A program made the translations under genes and the position numbers. From the NCBI GenBank assembly GCA_048213135.1, contig PS015537.1:1-42795 (forward strand): a DNA stretch of 42,795 bases, given 5' to 3'. Origin of the DNA: Reclinomonas americana ATCC 50394. Lineage: Eukaryota. A model generated the notes under the pieces. It had not been told where the DNA came from, did not search any database, and saw only the letters and a program-made list of their open reading frames with translations. Below, in pieces: positions 1-11,078 of this stretch; position 1 is the stretch's first letter, and each line of letters opens with the position of its first letter.

Positions 1-962
1 AAGCAGCAGCAGCAGCAGCCGCCGCCGCCTGCTGCTCTCGCAGATACTCCTCGATTAGTGCATCCTCCTGCGCCTCCACCGCTGCCTTCTTGTCCAGGTA
101 CTCCTTCCAGATGCGCCGGCGTCGGCCAAAGATCTGTGTGTGTGCGCGAGAGATCCTGGTGAGGGAGAGGGAAAGAGGGAGTACGAAGGGCAAGGGCTGA
201 TCTACCTCTTCTTCCTCTCTTCACTTCTCCCCCATTCTCTTCTTCCTCTTGTTTCTTCCTCTCTTCTCCTCTGACTGCATTCTCTTTCTCTTCTTCTTCT
301 TCTCACTGCATTCACTCTTCTCCTCTGGCTGCATTCTTCGTGCTTGCTGCTTCTCTCCCTCTCTCTTCTTATATCTCTCGCCTTCCTTTCTACTCTCTCT
401 CACTGCGTGAGATGGTGAGGGAGCGAGAGAGAGAGAGAGAAGGAGTGAGAGGGAAAGAGCTAATGCCTTTCTCTCTCTCTCCCCTCTTCTTCTGCTCACC
501 TCTCTCACCTTGTGACTATTCTCTTCGTGCTCTTTCTGCTTCTCCCTCTTCTTCTTCTTCTTCTTCCCTCTTGCTCCTTCTCCCCCTTCTCCCCCTTCTC
601 CCCCTTCCTCCTCCTCTCTCTCTCTCCCTCTCTCTCTGCCTCTTTCCACAGCCTGCATCTGCGTGGAAGATGCAATCTCCGCGGACTTGCTGAATGATTC
701 ACTCACATCAAATGCCGAGTAGAGACCATATCCAAAGCCAACGAAGCTGCCAGCGGCGATAGTGCCAACTGTGTGTGCAAGTGTGTGTGAGAGTGAGAAT
801 GTGTGAGAGAGTGTGCCAAGAGAGAGAGATGCGAAACTGCCGAGCTTGAACAGAATGCCCGTCTGGACAGCTGCGTTGAGGTGAAGGAGTGAGTAAGAGA
901 GTGTGTGTGAGAGAGAGAGAGCAGAGTGTGCACACGAAACGATCGGGTCCAAAGCGGCCCAT
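1..962 (-). CDS. Small single-TM hypothetical protein, multi-exon, 3' end runs off the window
   Basis: Spliced: MGRFGPDP-VQTGILFKLG-IGTIAAGSFVGFGYGLYSAFD-IFGRRRRIWKEYLDKKAAVEAQEDALIEEYLREQQ. Donors at 940 (C|GTTTCG), 837 (A|GTTTCG) and 706 (T|GTGAGT, a 573-nt purine-rich intron ending at 134). No family recognised. Confidence 0.55.
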
Positions 963-1186
963 GGTTGTTGTGTGCAAGAGAATGAGTGTCCTGCAAAGTC
1001 GCAACGTCGCCGGAGTGACAAGCGAGAAAGAAGAGGAAGAACAAGAAGAACTGCAGTTGGCGAGTGAGGCTGTAGCCATGCGTGAGGCTCGTCGACGACG
1101 AGTGCAAGTGGAAGTCAGCGACAACGAAGCGCAGGACATCATCGCACACTCATTCGCTCTCAACTTAACTGCTCTCTCGTTGAGCC

Positions 1187-2305
1187 ATGGCTGTCGAGTT
1201 TCACGGTCGTCGTCTTCACCAACTTGAATGTGATCCGCTGTGCCTTGCCGTCACTCCGGATGGGCAACACCTAATCGCAGGGACGAGTGACAATGATGTG
1301 CTGGTGTGGTCACTGGTGAACGGGGAACAAGTGCGCCGACTGGAGGGACACGCTGATTATGTGTGGTCTGTTGCCGTCACTCCCGATGGTCAGCATGTGG
1401 TGAGCGGGAGTGAGGACAAGACAGTGCGTGTGTGGCTGCTGGCGACTGGTGAACAAGTGCGACGACTGGAGGGACACACTGCCACGGTGCTCTCAGTGAC
1501 CGTCACCCCTGATGGTCAGCGCATCGTGAGCGGAAGTCACGACAAGACAGTGCGGGTGTGGTCGCTGGTGAGCGGAGAAGAGGTGCGACGATGGAAGGGA
1601 CACGCTCAAGGGGTGCATTGTGTCTCCGTCACACCGAATGGTGAGCTCATTGTGAGTAGTGGTGGTATGTATGACAGGAATGTGCGCGTGTGGTCCGTGG
1701 AGAGTGGCGAGGAGCTAGGACTGTTCGTCACGGGTCTTGTGTTCGGGACGTCTTCTGTCGCCGCCACTCCCGATGGACTGTACGTCGTTGGCGGAGGTCT
1801 TGATACCATGGTGCACGTTTGGTCGCTTATCGAGGGAGACGACATTGATGGGCAGCTGTTGAGGGGACACGATAATACCGTGCTCTGTGTGACCGTCACT
1901 TGTGATGGACTGCACATAATTAGCGGAAGCAGTGATAAGACCGTGCGTGTGTGGTCACTGGCGAGTGGTGAGGAAGTCCGGCGGTTGGATGGACATACAG
2001 GGGAGGTGCGGGCTGTCGCCGTCACTCCCGATGGCCAGCACATCGTGAGTGCGAGTGGCGACCTGTCGATCCGACTGTGGTCCACACAACTCGGTGCTGC
2101 CAGGCGCGAACTGCTTACGTCACTGCTGGCGATGCGCACTGTGCAGGGCATGCAGCCGCCGTCCGCTGACGGAGAAAGCGATCGGCGATGTCTGGTGGAG
2201 ATTGTGATGCGATGTTTCATGGTCGAGGAGGCTCAGGTTGTGGTGCACCGGTGTGTGCAAGCTGGTCAGTTTCTCCAGTTGGATGAAGGAAATGTTGACT
2301 GGTGA
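1187..2305 (+). CDS. Intronless WD40-repeat beta-propeller protein (7 repeats, 372 aa)
   Basis: Single ORF with repeated GH...V..V.VTPDG..IVSGS.DKTVRVWSL units, followed by a ~70-aa helical C-terminal tail. Confidence 0.93.
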   Translation: MAVEFHGRRLHQLECDPLCLAVTPDGQHLIAGTSDNDVLVWSLVNGEQVRRLEGHADYVWSVAVTPDGQHVVSGSEDKTVRVWLLATGEQVRRLEGHTATVLSVTVTPDGQRIVSGSHDKTVRVWSLVSGEEVRRWKGHAQGVHCVSVTPNGELIVSSGGMYDRNVRVWSVESGEELGLFVTGLVFGTSSVAATPDGLYVVGGGLDTMVHVWSLIEGDDIDGQLLRGHDNTVLCVTVTCDGLHIISGSSDKTVRVWSLASGEEVRRLDGHTGEVRAVAVTPDGQHIVSASGDLSIRLWSTQLGAARRELLTSLLAMRTVQGMQPPSADGESDRRCLVEIVMRCFMVEEAQVVVHRCVQAGQFLQLDEGNVDW

Positions 2306-2433
2306 CTGCGTCATGACGGTGCTGTTCATCATTGTGTGATGCAGTCGTCTGTGGTCATTGGCATGCCTCGTCTGCGTCTGTCTCTCTTCTTGAGTAAAGA
2401 AAACAACTTATTAGTACTACATTCTCATTTCGA

Positions 2434-4847
2434 TTACATCAAGTCCACCAACATCTTCACGCCCAGATCCCAGTCCACGTTGTCGGGATCCGTCAGCTTG
2501 TACGCGTCGTACCACGACTGGTCGGCCTCAAAGTGCACACCCGACACGGCCACCTTGCCTCCCTTGGTCCCGTAGTTGGTCATCAGCGCCGCAATCGAAC
2601 CGTCCGAGTACTTGCCGTACACGGTGTAGGCCGACGACGGGTAGAAGTAGGGACCCTCCTGGAAGTACACGCTGCGCGCCTTGCTCGTCGGCACCAGCCA
2701 CGTGACGGGGATGACCTGATCGTTGGTGTACTTGACGGGTGTCTTCGTAAAGTAGTCGAGGTCGGCGTTCAGCAGTTCCAGCGCCTTGATGGTGCCGTTG
2801 TCGTCCATCCAGGTGCCGGCCAAGAAGCCGCCCGCGCAGACGCCAAAGTAGCGCTTGCCGCTCGCCACAAAATTCTGCAGGCGCGTCACCACGCTTTTCC
2901 ACTTGCTGGCACCGACGGCGTTGTAGACTTGCATGGTGTCGTCGCCACCAGGCTGCGCGTACACTCGAGCAATGTCGAATGTGGTGGTGGTGGTAGTCGC
3001 CGTCAGGTCGGTCGGACCAACATACTTTGTGGTGTAGCCGGCGCGCTGGAAGAGGGCGGCCAGGGACTCGGCACACCCCGTGCACGCACCGGGGCCTTTG
3101 TAGACGAGAGCAAGTGGAGCAGGGTCCTGCACGATCAGCGCGCGAGAGATGAGCAGCCGCGACGAGTGGGGTCTGGTTTTGCAGAATATTACAGGGACGC
3201 AACTGTGGATTTCACCGAGCACGCTTGACCAGTCCACCCAGAGTTGCAAGTGCAGACGCCTGATGCCGAGCATGAGGCGGTATTGGCTGCCACGCAGAAG
3301 CAGTTGGCACTGCGCACAGAGGTGAAAGATGAGCAAGAGCCAGATGACAAACACGCACAGAGAGAGAGAGAAAGAGACTCAAACTCACCACTTGTTGTTC
3401 TGGCAAAACTGGCCGCTGGTGCACTGCGTGCCGCCGCACACTGGCCCCGTGCCGGGATTCGTGGCGTTGCTCAGCGTGATGCTGAGGTTGTACGCCTGAA
3501 TGCTGAGGGGCGTGGTGGACGACGAGAACACCTTGATGTAGAAGGGGCCCTTGGTGGCGCTGACAACGGCGGCCGGCAGCGTGAAATTGGTCAGCACCTC
3601 GGCCGCTCCCGCCGCGTTGCCATTGACGGTGGCCAGCACAGTTGTACCGTCCGACGACAGGAGGAGGAAGCCGAGGTTGAGCACGTTGGCCGGGTTGTAC
3701 GTGGTGGTGGAGGTGGGGCACGTTCCCTTGGTGGTCGACGGCCCAGAGGACGACGGTCCAGCAGCTGTGGCATACGGTGCGACGCTCGACGGCGCAAGGT
3801 TGATGGTGACAGCGCCCGAGGCGGTGGAGAACTGCGACATAAACACAGAGCGACGGGTTACAAACTGCGCGGGCGAGGTTCAATGGTGGTGATTGCAAAC
3901 CTTGAAATAATCCACGTCCGAAGGCACATCGATGCTGGCGGCGTACGTGTTCGCAGTAGTGCTGGTGGCGAGAGTGCCGAGGGAGGTTGCCGTCGCCACA
4001 GTGTCGTTGTCCTCTGTGTGGTGGAACGGGGAAGGGAATGAGCGACAAGTCACACAACCCTTCTCATTACTCCCCTCCACCACACTCACCATAGTTATCG
4101 CCGTACAGCGACTGCGCCGCAAGAATGTCGTCAAACTGGGGGCCATCAAAGGCCACCGACAGGAACGGCTCCATCAACTTGGTCTGCGAAACGGGGCACA
4201 CATTCGCCAGGCTGCGCAGCGCAAAGGAAGATGAGTGATGAGTTGGACAAGCCAGATCACGCGAGTGAGGAAGCGTGAGATGAAGACGTACCCCAGGTTG
4301 CGTCCGAGTGCCTGCGCCACCACGTTGCGGAAACCGCGGTATGTGTTGCCAGTGGCGGTCGTCGACGCGAACCACGTATCGGTGGCGTCGAGCACAATCT
4401 GTTCACCGCAAGCAGGCACAGAGTGAGAAACACGCAACGCTGCGCACTGCATGCGTGCATGTATGAACGAAACATCGCCACCACTCGTTCCCGGCGGGTA
4501 CGTGAACGCCAGCATGTTATTGTTGCCGTCCAGGGCCTTGGCACCAATGCGAATATCGCCGCGCTTGGTCAGCAAGCCGGGCGAGGTGGGGAACACGGCA
4601 CCATCGTCGTTAGCCTCGTACACAAAGGTGATGCCGGTCTTGGCGCTCCACGCATTGAAGACACTGCGTGAAGGTGGAGGTGAGACAAGCACAGAGTGGA
4701 CGAGAGACAGGGAGACAGAGTGACGGAACGTGGTGAACTGCGCCTGCCAGGTGGCGCGACTGTAAATCGAGTCGAGCCACGCAAAGAGCTTGCTCGGCGC
4801 CGCCTTGTCCGCGCCAGTGGAAAGGACGCTGGGGATGTTGGTGCCCT
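2434..4847 (-). CDS. Fusion of a degenerate matrixin (M10-like, no Zn ligands), a PPC-like beta domain, a Cys-rich/EGF-like segment and a BPL_N (class I glutamine amidotransferase-like) domain; 5' end missing in the gap
   Basis: Exons read EGTNIP...LFAWLDSIY...VFNAWSAKTGITFVYEANDDG...RGDIRIG...GGD|IVLD...FRNVVAQALGRNLG|LANVCPVSQTKLMEPF...GPQFDDILAAQSLYGD, then SIDVPSDVDYFK, then CSASGVCTCNSGWTGQAC. Intron 3203-3127 joins this to DPAPLALVYKGPG...QPGG...YFGVCAGG...SGVHFEA. Confidence 0.8.
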
Positions 4848-5078
4848 CTATAGTGACGCAACACGTGAGCCACAACGACGATCTCTCCTGTTGTCTCGCN
4901 NNNNNNNNNNNNNNNNNNNNNNNNNNNNNNNNNNNNNNNNNNNNNNNNNNNNNNNNNNNNNNNNNNNNNNNNNNNNNNNNNNNNNNNNNNNNNNNNNNNN
5001 NNNNNNNNNNNNNNNNNNNNNNNNNNNNNNNNNNNNNNNNNNNNNNNNNNNNNNNNNNNNNNNNNNNNNNNNNNNNNN

Positions 5079-5106
5079 AGAGAGAGAGAGACACAGAGAC
5101 AGAGAC

Positions 5107-5143
<37 letters not shown>

Positions 5144-5319
5144 GACAGAGACAGAGAGAGAGAGACAGTGAGAGAGAGAGACAGTGAGAGAGACAGAGAG
5201 AGAGACACACACAGAGAGAGAGAGAGAGACAGAGAGAGAGGAGGGAGACAGATAGAGAGACAGAGAGAGAGAGAGAGAAACAGAGTGAAAGAGAGAGTGT
5301 GTACGTGCGTCTCTCTCTG

Positions 5320-5368
<49 letters not shown>

Positions 5369-5377
5369 GTGTGTGTG
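5079..5377. repeat. Compound (GA)n/(GACA) then (CT)n/(GT)n microsatellite
   Basis: Read directly; adjoins the N-gap 4900-5078. Confidence 0.95.
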
Positions 5378-5586
5378 CTTTCTTACACAACGTTGTTGCA
5401 TCTGAGCGCTGCTTTGACAGAGGAAAGTACACTGGAAGTCTCTCAAAGAGACTGAACGTGCGCTGTTGGTTGTGTAAGGGCGGAGGCCGTGAGAGGCGAC
5501 TGAGCGCCCACAACATGACTGCGAAAAGTGACACAGGACACAGTGCATGCGACGTTTTCTAAGCAATGTTGTTCTTTTCATGCTCA

Positions 5587-8097
5587 TTATCTCATGCCGA
5601 GTGTGGTGGTGAGGATGATGGCGCATACGGAGCCGCCGACCAGGCCCAGATTGATGCCAAGTGACTGCATTGCAGGGGGTTGTGAGTTTGTCATAAAGAG
5701 ATCGAAGTCGAGCAATTGCACGAAACGAGGATGATGCCGGCGTGCTCCATGTCTTCCACGGGAAGGTCGCTGGCACCTCGCATTGCGGCCAGTGCTGCAT
5801 TTCGCTTCCCGGTGAGCAGCAGTAGCGAGGGGGACAAGCACATGGGGGATGAGAACGCAACTGTCGAACCAGCCGTTCGAGAAGCCAAAGACAAAGACGA
5901 GGACGATGGGCACGACTGGCGAGGTGATTAGTGGCGGGAGTACGCAGAGGATCAGCAGCGGGATCAGCAGGAAGCGGAGCGACACGCCCACGACGACCAG
6001 GCTGCGCTGTGGCATCCACAGACGACCCGCGGTGAAGCGGCCGGTAAAGTCCATGAAATCCCACACCGACTGCGGTGGGAAGGCGCAGTGAGAAGGCAAG
6101 CTCTTCTATCATCTTCTCTGTTTCCTGTTCTTGTTCTTCTCTCCTCCTCCTGCTATCCTTCTGCTTCTTCTTGCTTTCTTCTTATTCTTCTGCTTCTTCT
6201 TCATCATCATCTTCTCCTCGTTCCTCTACTTCTTTCTTTCCTCTTCTTCTTCTCCTTCTTCTTCTTGTTCTCTCCTTCTCCGTCTTCTTCGTCTTCTCCT
6301 CCTCCTCCTCCTCCTACTTCTTCATCCGTCCTCTTCTTCGCCCCTCTCCTGTCCTCCCTGTACCTTCTCCACCTTTGTCTCCTCCTCCCTTTCCCCTCCT
6401 CCTCTTCCTTCACCTTCTCCTCCTTTGCTTCCTTCTTCTTCTTCCGTCTTCTTCTTCTCCTCTCTTCCTGCCCTCCCCGTGCCTTTTCCACCATTGTCTC
6501 CTCATCCCTTTCCCCTCCTCCTCCTCCTCCTTCTTCTACTTCCTTCTCCTCTTTGCCCTCCTCCTCAGCCGTGGCCGTCTCCTTCTTTGTCTTCTTCTTC
6601 TTCTTCTTCTTCTTCTTCTTCTACTCCTCCTCCTCCTCCCTCCCTCTTCCCCCTTCCCCTCCATCCCTTCTCCTCGATTCCCTTCCACGCACCAGAAGCA
6701 TAATGGGATACCAATCCTCGGCCCAGTTGAAACCCGACGGCACCGCCACCACAATGCCGGGATACACGGTCAGGGAGACGAAATAGCCGAGCAGAATGGC
6801 CAGGAACATGCGCCACATCTTCTTGAACACGCGCCACGTGTCGGAGAACTTGGTGCCGTACTTGCGTCTCGAGGTGGCTGGAGGGGTCGGGCGTTGATGT
6901 GAGCGACACTTCCGCAGAAGCAACATCGGGGCCTTTGTGTGGCAGGCGTACCTGGCGCATTCGGATCGGTGGACGAGCCGTTGGACGAGCTGTTGGGTCT
7001 CGAGGCCGGATCCTCGTCATCGTCGTGGTAGATGAGCACCTTGCCGTCTCCTGCGTTGTTGCCGTGGTACTCGCGCGCCAAGTAGTGCCGTGCAAATGCC
7101 ACATTCGGCAGGCACAGGTACAACACGAGGCAGGTGAAGATGGCGGCGCCGGTGATGGCAAAGTAGATTAGCGACGAGATGCCCTTGTCGAACACGGCCT
7201 TGGTCAGCACTCGAATAATGGCCACCGTCAGGCCAGCCACGCCGGCTCCCGTCAGTGCCGCGCGGGTGTACGTGGGTGGAAATAATGCCGCCAGGCCGAG
7301 TACGGAGGCATTGAGGACGCCGGCGAGGACGCCCAGCACGAAGAGACCGCCGCATGTCAGCCAGAAAGCCAGGTCCTTGGAGTCGAGCAGCAGCGGCCAC
7401 AGTGGCGTCACCAGCACCGTGACCAGTTGCAGCAGGAACGAGACGACAATGCGTGACTTGATGGAGGTGCGTTTGGCGAATAGAATCACGGGGAAGTACA
7501 CCAGGAACCTGCGCGACGTGAGAGGTGAGAGGAGAGCAGGGGAAGCGCGATAGAGTCGCACACAAACCCTCCCTGTCAGAAAGGAACACGGAGTGAGATG
7601 GACGCGGTGGGATGCGTGGAACAATGGCATAAGGACGCAACAATGTTGTAGCTGGTGGCGATGGACTGCACAATGTCGCTCTCGGGTGGAAAGTGGTCTG
7701 CGCGCAAGAAGATGAGAACACGCGCAACGCGAATGATGTAGGCGCCATTCACCTCTCAAGTAGTCCACGGCGGTGATGAAGCTGCGAATCGGGTCAGAAA
7801 CGACGAGCAAAGACAGCAAGGCAACAGGAGATACCAAACCTGTAGAACGGCAACACAAACGTGCCTCCGAGCAGGGTCCTGTGCCATGAGATGAGCTCGA
7901 AACACAACAGACAGCTCCCCTTCCCCTCCCAACGCAACATGCAAATGAGAGTCAAGTTTAGCTGCGTATGCACGCATGAGAAACCACACAGACAACCCTC
8001 CTCACCGCTCACGCGTCACGCAACTCGATCGCGCAGTTCCCCCGCCTTGCCATCCTCCGTCACATGATGCACCTGCGGCACCACCTGATGCATCCCG
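5587..8097 (-). CDS. Equilibrative nucleoside transporter (ENT/SLC29 family), main body; exon 1 probably at 10025-10219 on the mis-oriented contig
   Basis: Spliced ELRDR-LNLTLICM-TLLGGTFVLPFYS-FITAVDYLR matches the ENT N-terminal signature. Also LAALFPPTYTRAALTGAGVAG, FVSLTVYPG, DFTGR, GFSNG and AGIIL-SLGINLGLVGG. Confidence 0.92.
6100..6680. repeat. Intronic polypyrimidine/polypurine (CTT/CCT) low-complexity tract
   Basis: Read directly; lies in an ENT intron. Confidence 0.9.
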
Positions 8098-8852
8098 NNN
8101 NNNNNNNNNNNNNNNNNNNNNNNNNNNNNNNNNNNNNNNNNNNNNNNNNNNNNNNNNNNNNNNNNNNNNNNNNNNNNNNNNNNNNNNNNNNNNNNNNNNN
8201 NNNNNNNNNNNNNNNNNNNNNNNNNNNNNNNNNNNNNNNNNNNNNNNNNNNNNNNNNNNNNNNNNNNNNNNNNNNNNNNNNNNNNNNNNNNNNNNNNNNN
8301 NNNNNNNNNNNNNNNNNNNNNNNNNNNNNNNNNNNNNNNNNNNNNNNNNNNNNNNNNNNNNNNNNNNNNNNNNNNNNNNNNNNNNNNNNNNNNNNNNNNN
8401 NNNNNNNNNNNNNNNNNNNNNNNNNNNNNNNNNNNNNNNNNNNNNNNNNNNNNNNNNNNNNNNNNNNNNNNNNNNNNNNNNNNNNNNNNNNNNNNNNNNN
8501 NNNNNNNNNNNNNNNNNNNNNNNNNNNNNNNNNNNNNNNNNNNNNNNNNNNNNNNNNNNNNNNNNNNNNNNNNNNNNNNNNNNNNNNNNNNNNNNNNNNN
8601 NNNNNNNNNNNNNNNNNNNNNNNNNNNNNNNNNNNNNNNNNNNNNNNNNNNNNNNNNNNNNNNNNNNNNNNNNNNNNNNNNNNNNNNNNNNNNNNNNNNN
8701 NNNNNNNNNNNNNNNNNNNNNNNNNNNNNNNNNNNNNNNNNNNNNNNNNNNNNNNNNNNNNNNNNNNNNNNNNNNNNNNNNNNNNNNNNNNNNNNNNNNN
8801 NNNNNNNNNNNNNNNNNNNNNNNNNNNNNNNNNNNNNNNNNNNNNNNNNNNN

Positions 8853-9140
8853 AGGAGGAGGAGGAGGAGGAGGAGGAGAAGGAGGAGGACGAGAGGAGGA
8901 GGAATGAAGGGAGGAGGAGGAGGAGGAAGGAAAGAAGGAGCAGGTGAAGAAGGAAGAGGAGGAGGAAGAGGAGGAAGGAGGGGACGAGGAGGAACGAGGG
9001 AAAGAAGGAGAGAAGGAACGAAGCGAAGAGGAGGAGGAGAAAGAAGGAGGAAAAAGAAAAAGGAGGAGGAGGAAGACGAGGGCAAGAAGAAGGCGGAGGA
9101 GGAAGAGAAGAAGGAGAAGGAGGAGGGCGGGGGAGAGAGA
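8853..9140. repeat. (GGA/GAA)-rich tract at the contig end
   Basis: Its reverse complement matches the (CCT)n tract at 10950-11050; probably the same intron. Confidence 0.85.
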
Positions 9141-9206
9141 CACGCGCACAATGAGCGACACCACCAAATCGCCACAAGAAACGCAGAAGAGAGAGGCAGT
9201 CGCAAC

Positions 9207-9888
9207 TCTTCTTGTGCGACAGCTTGCGCAGAAAGCCGCTATACTGCGCAAACTCCGCCCCATCATGGCACGTCTCAAACGCCGACGCACCCGGCACCTG
9301 CTCCGGCTCCGCCATGGTGTACGTGCCACCCGGACCATTCACACTATTACACCAAACAAAGAAGCATTCAGTCACCACGAGAGACAGCAAGCGCGACTGC
9401 ACAAAAGGCGCGCACCGCAGCAGGCCATGATGCCGTCGAATATACCCGTCACTAAGCGCATACTCGCGCGCAGGAAGCACCGACGAGCGCAGGCCAGTCA
9501 TCAACGACGAGGTGATTTTCGGGATCACTCGTGGAGTCACAGAGCTCGATCGCCCAAAGCCCATGCTCGCCACTGGAGCAGCAGCAGCAGCAGTAACAAC
9601 TGGAGGTGTCTCTGCTGTGTCCTCCTCAACAGCCTCCTCTTGCTCCTCAGGCACCTGTTGCTGCATGTCATCTTCTTCCTCTTCTTCTTCCTCCTCTTGC
9701 TCTTCCTCATCATCGTCGTCATCATCGTCTTCTTCGGCTTCGTCTACAGGACGCAGTGCAAGAGACAGGGCCAGAGAGGCACCTGCAGCAGAGGAGAAGC
9801 CCGCGCGAGGAGGAGGAGGAGGAGCAGAAGGTGTCGTCCGCTGTTCGGACTCAGTCACTGCCGGAAGCAATCCAGCCACCCATGTCAT
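9207..9888 (-). CDS. 5' exons of the PH-domain protein (acidic low-complexity N-terminus and PH strand beta1)
   Basis: MTWVAG...DEAEEDDDD...HHGLLR|VNGPGGTYTMAEPEQ...QYSGFLRKLSHKK, ending at donor A|GTTGCG (9206, phase 1), which fits the phase-1 acceptor at 11078 on the + strand. Confidence 0.65.
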
Positions 9889-10024
9889 CGCAGCAGAGCT
9901 TACAGGCTAACACAAAGTGAGCAAGCAGGCAAGCAAGCAGAGGCTGCACACAATGCGCAACTCGTCGCCCGCTCATTTGCAACACACACTGAGACAGTCT
10001 GCTCGCGACACTCTTACTCGCTCA

Positions 10025-10219
10025 ATGACACAACGCGCAAAGAGCATTGATGGCTCTGTGGAGCTGCGTGTGCTCAACGAGACCAGTGATGACGACACAG
10101 CAGAGGAGGGAGAACAACAACGACGAGCGCGTAACCGTCGCACGCGCAGTCACGATGTTCTGGGAGATGATGATGATGAAGCAGAGGACACAGGCACAGC
10201 ATCAAGTCAACGATCACAG
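10025..10219 (+). CDS. Probable exon 1 (acidic cytosolic N-terminus) of the ENT gene
   Basis: 65 codons, MTQRAKSIDG...ASSQRSQ, ending CAG|GTGCTT and running into the gap; divergent from the PH start at 9888. Confidence 0.55.
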
Positions 10220-11078
10220 GTGCTTATGTAGACGGTGTANNNNNNNNNNNNNNNNNNNNNNNNNNNNNNNNNNNNNNNNNNNNNNNNNNNNNNNNNNNNN
10301 NNNNNNNNNNNNNNNNNNNNNNNNNNNNNNNNNNNNNNNNNNNNNNNNNNNNNNNNNNNNNNNNNNNNNNNNNNNNNNNNNNNNNNNNNNNNNNNNNNNN
10401 NNNNNNNNNNNNNNNNNNNNNNNNNNNNNNNNNNNNNNNNNNNNNNNNNNNNNNNNNNNNNNNNNNNNNNNNNNNNNNNNNNNNNNNNNNNNNNNNNNNN
10501 NNNNNNNNNNNNNNNNNNNNNNNNNNNNNNNNNNNNNNNNNNNNNNNNNNNNNNNNNNNNNNNNNNNNNNNNNNNNNNNNNNNNNNNNNNNNNNNNNNNN
10601 NNNNNNNNNNNNNNNNNNNNNNNNNNNNNNNNNNNNNNNNNNNNNNNNNNNNNNNNNNNNNNNNNNNNNNNNNNNNNNNNNNNNNNNNNNNNNNNNNNNN
10701 NNNNNNNNNNNNNNNNNNNNNNNNNNNNNNNNNNNNNNNNNNNNNNNNNNNNNNNNNNNNNNNNNNNNNNNNNNNNNNNNNNNNNNNNNNNNNNNNNNNN
10801 NNNNNNNNNNNNNNNNNNNNNNNNNNNNNNNNNNNNNNNNNNNNNNNNNNNNNNNNNNNNNNNNNNNNNNNNNNNNNNNNNNNNNNNNNNNNNNNNNNNN
10901 NNNNNNNNNNNNNNNNNNNNNNNNNNNNNNNNNNNNNNNNNNNNNNNNNCTCTCTCTCTCTCTCCTCCTCCTCCTCCTCCTCCTCCTCCTCCTCCTCCTC
11001 CTCCTCCTCCTCCTCCTCCTCCTCCTCCTCCTCCTCCTCCTCCTCCTCCTCCCTCTCCTGTTGCTGCTCTGCACACAG

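Noticed and set aside
1187-2305. WD40 gene as a split part of TEP1 together with the TROVE gene
   Set aside because: The two lie about 38 kb apart on opposite strands with no NACHT domain, and nothing links them.
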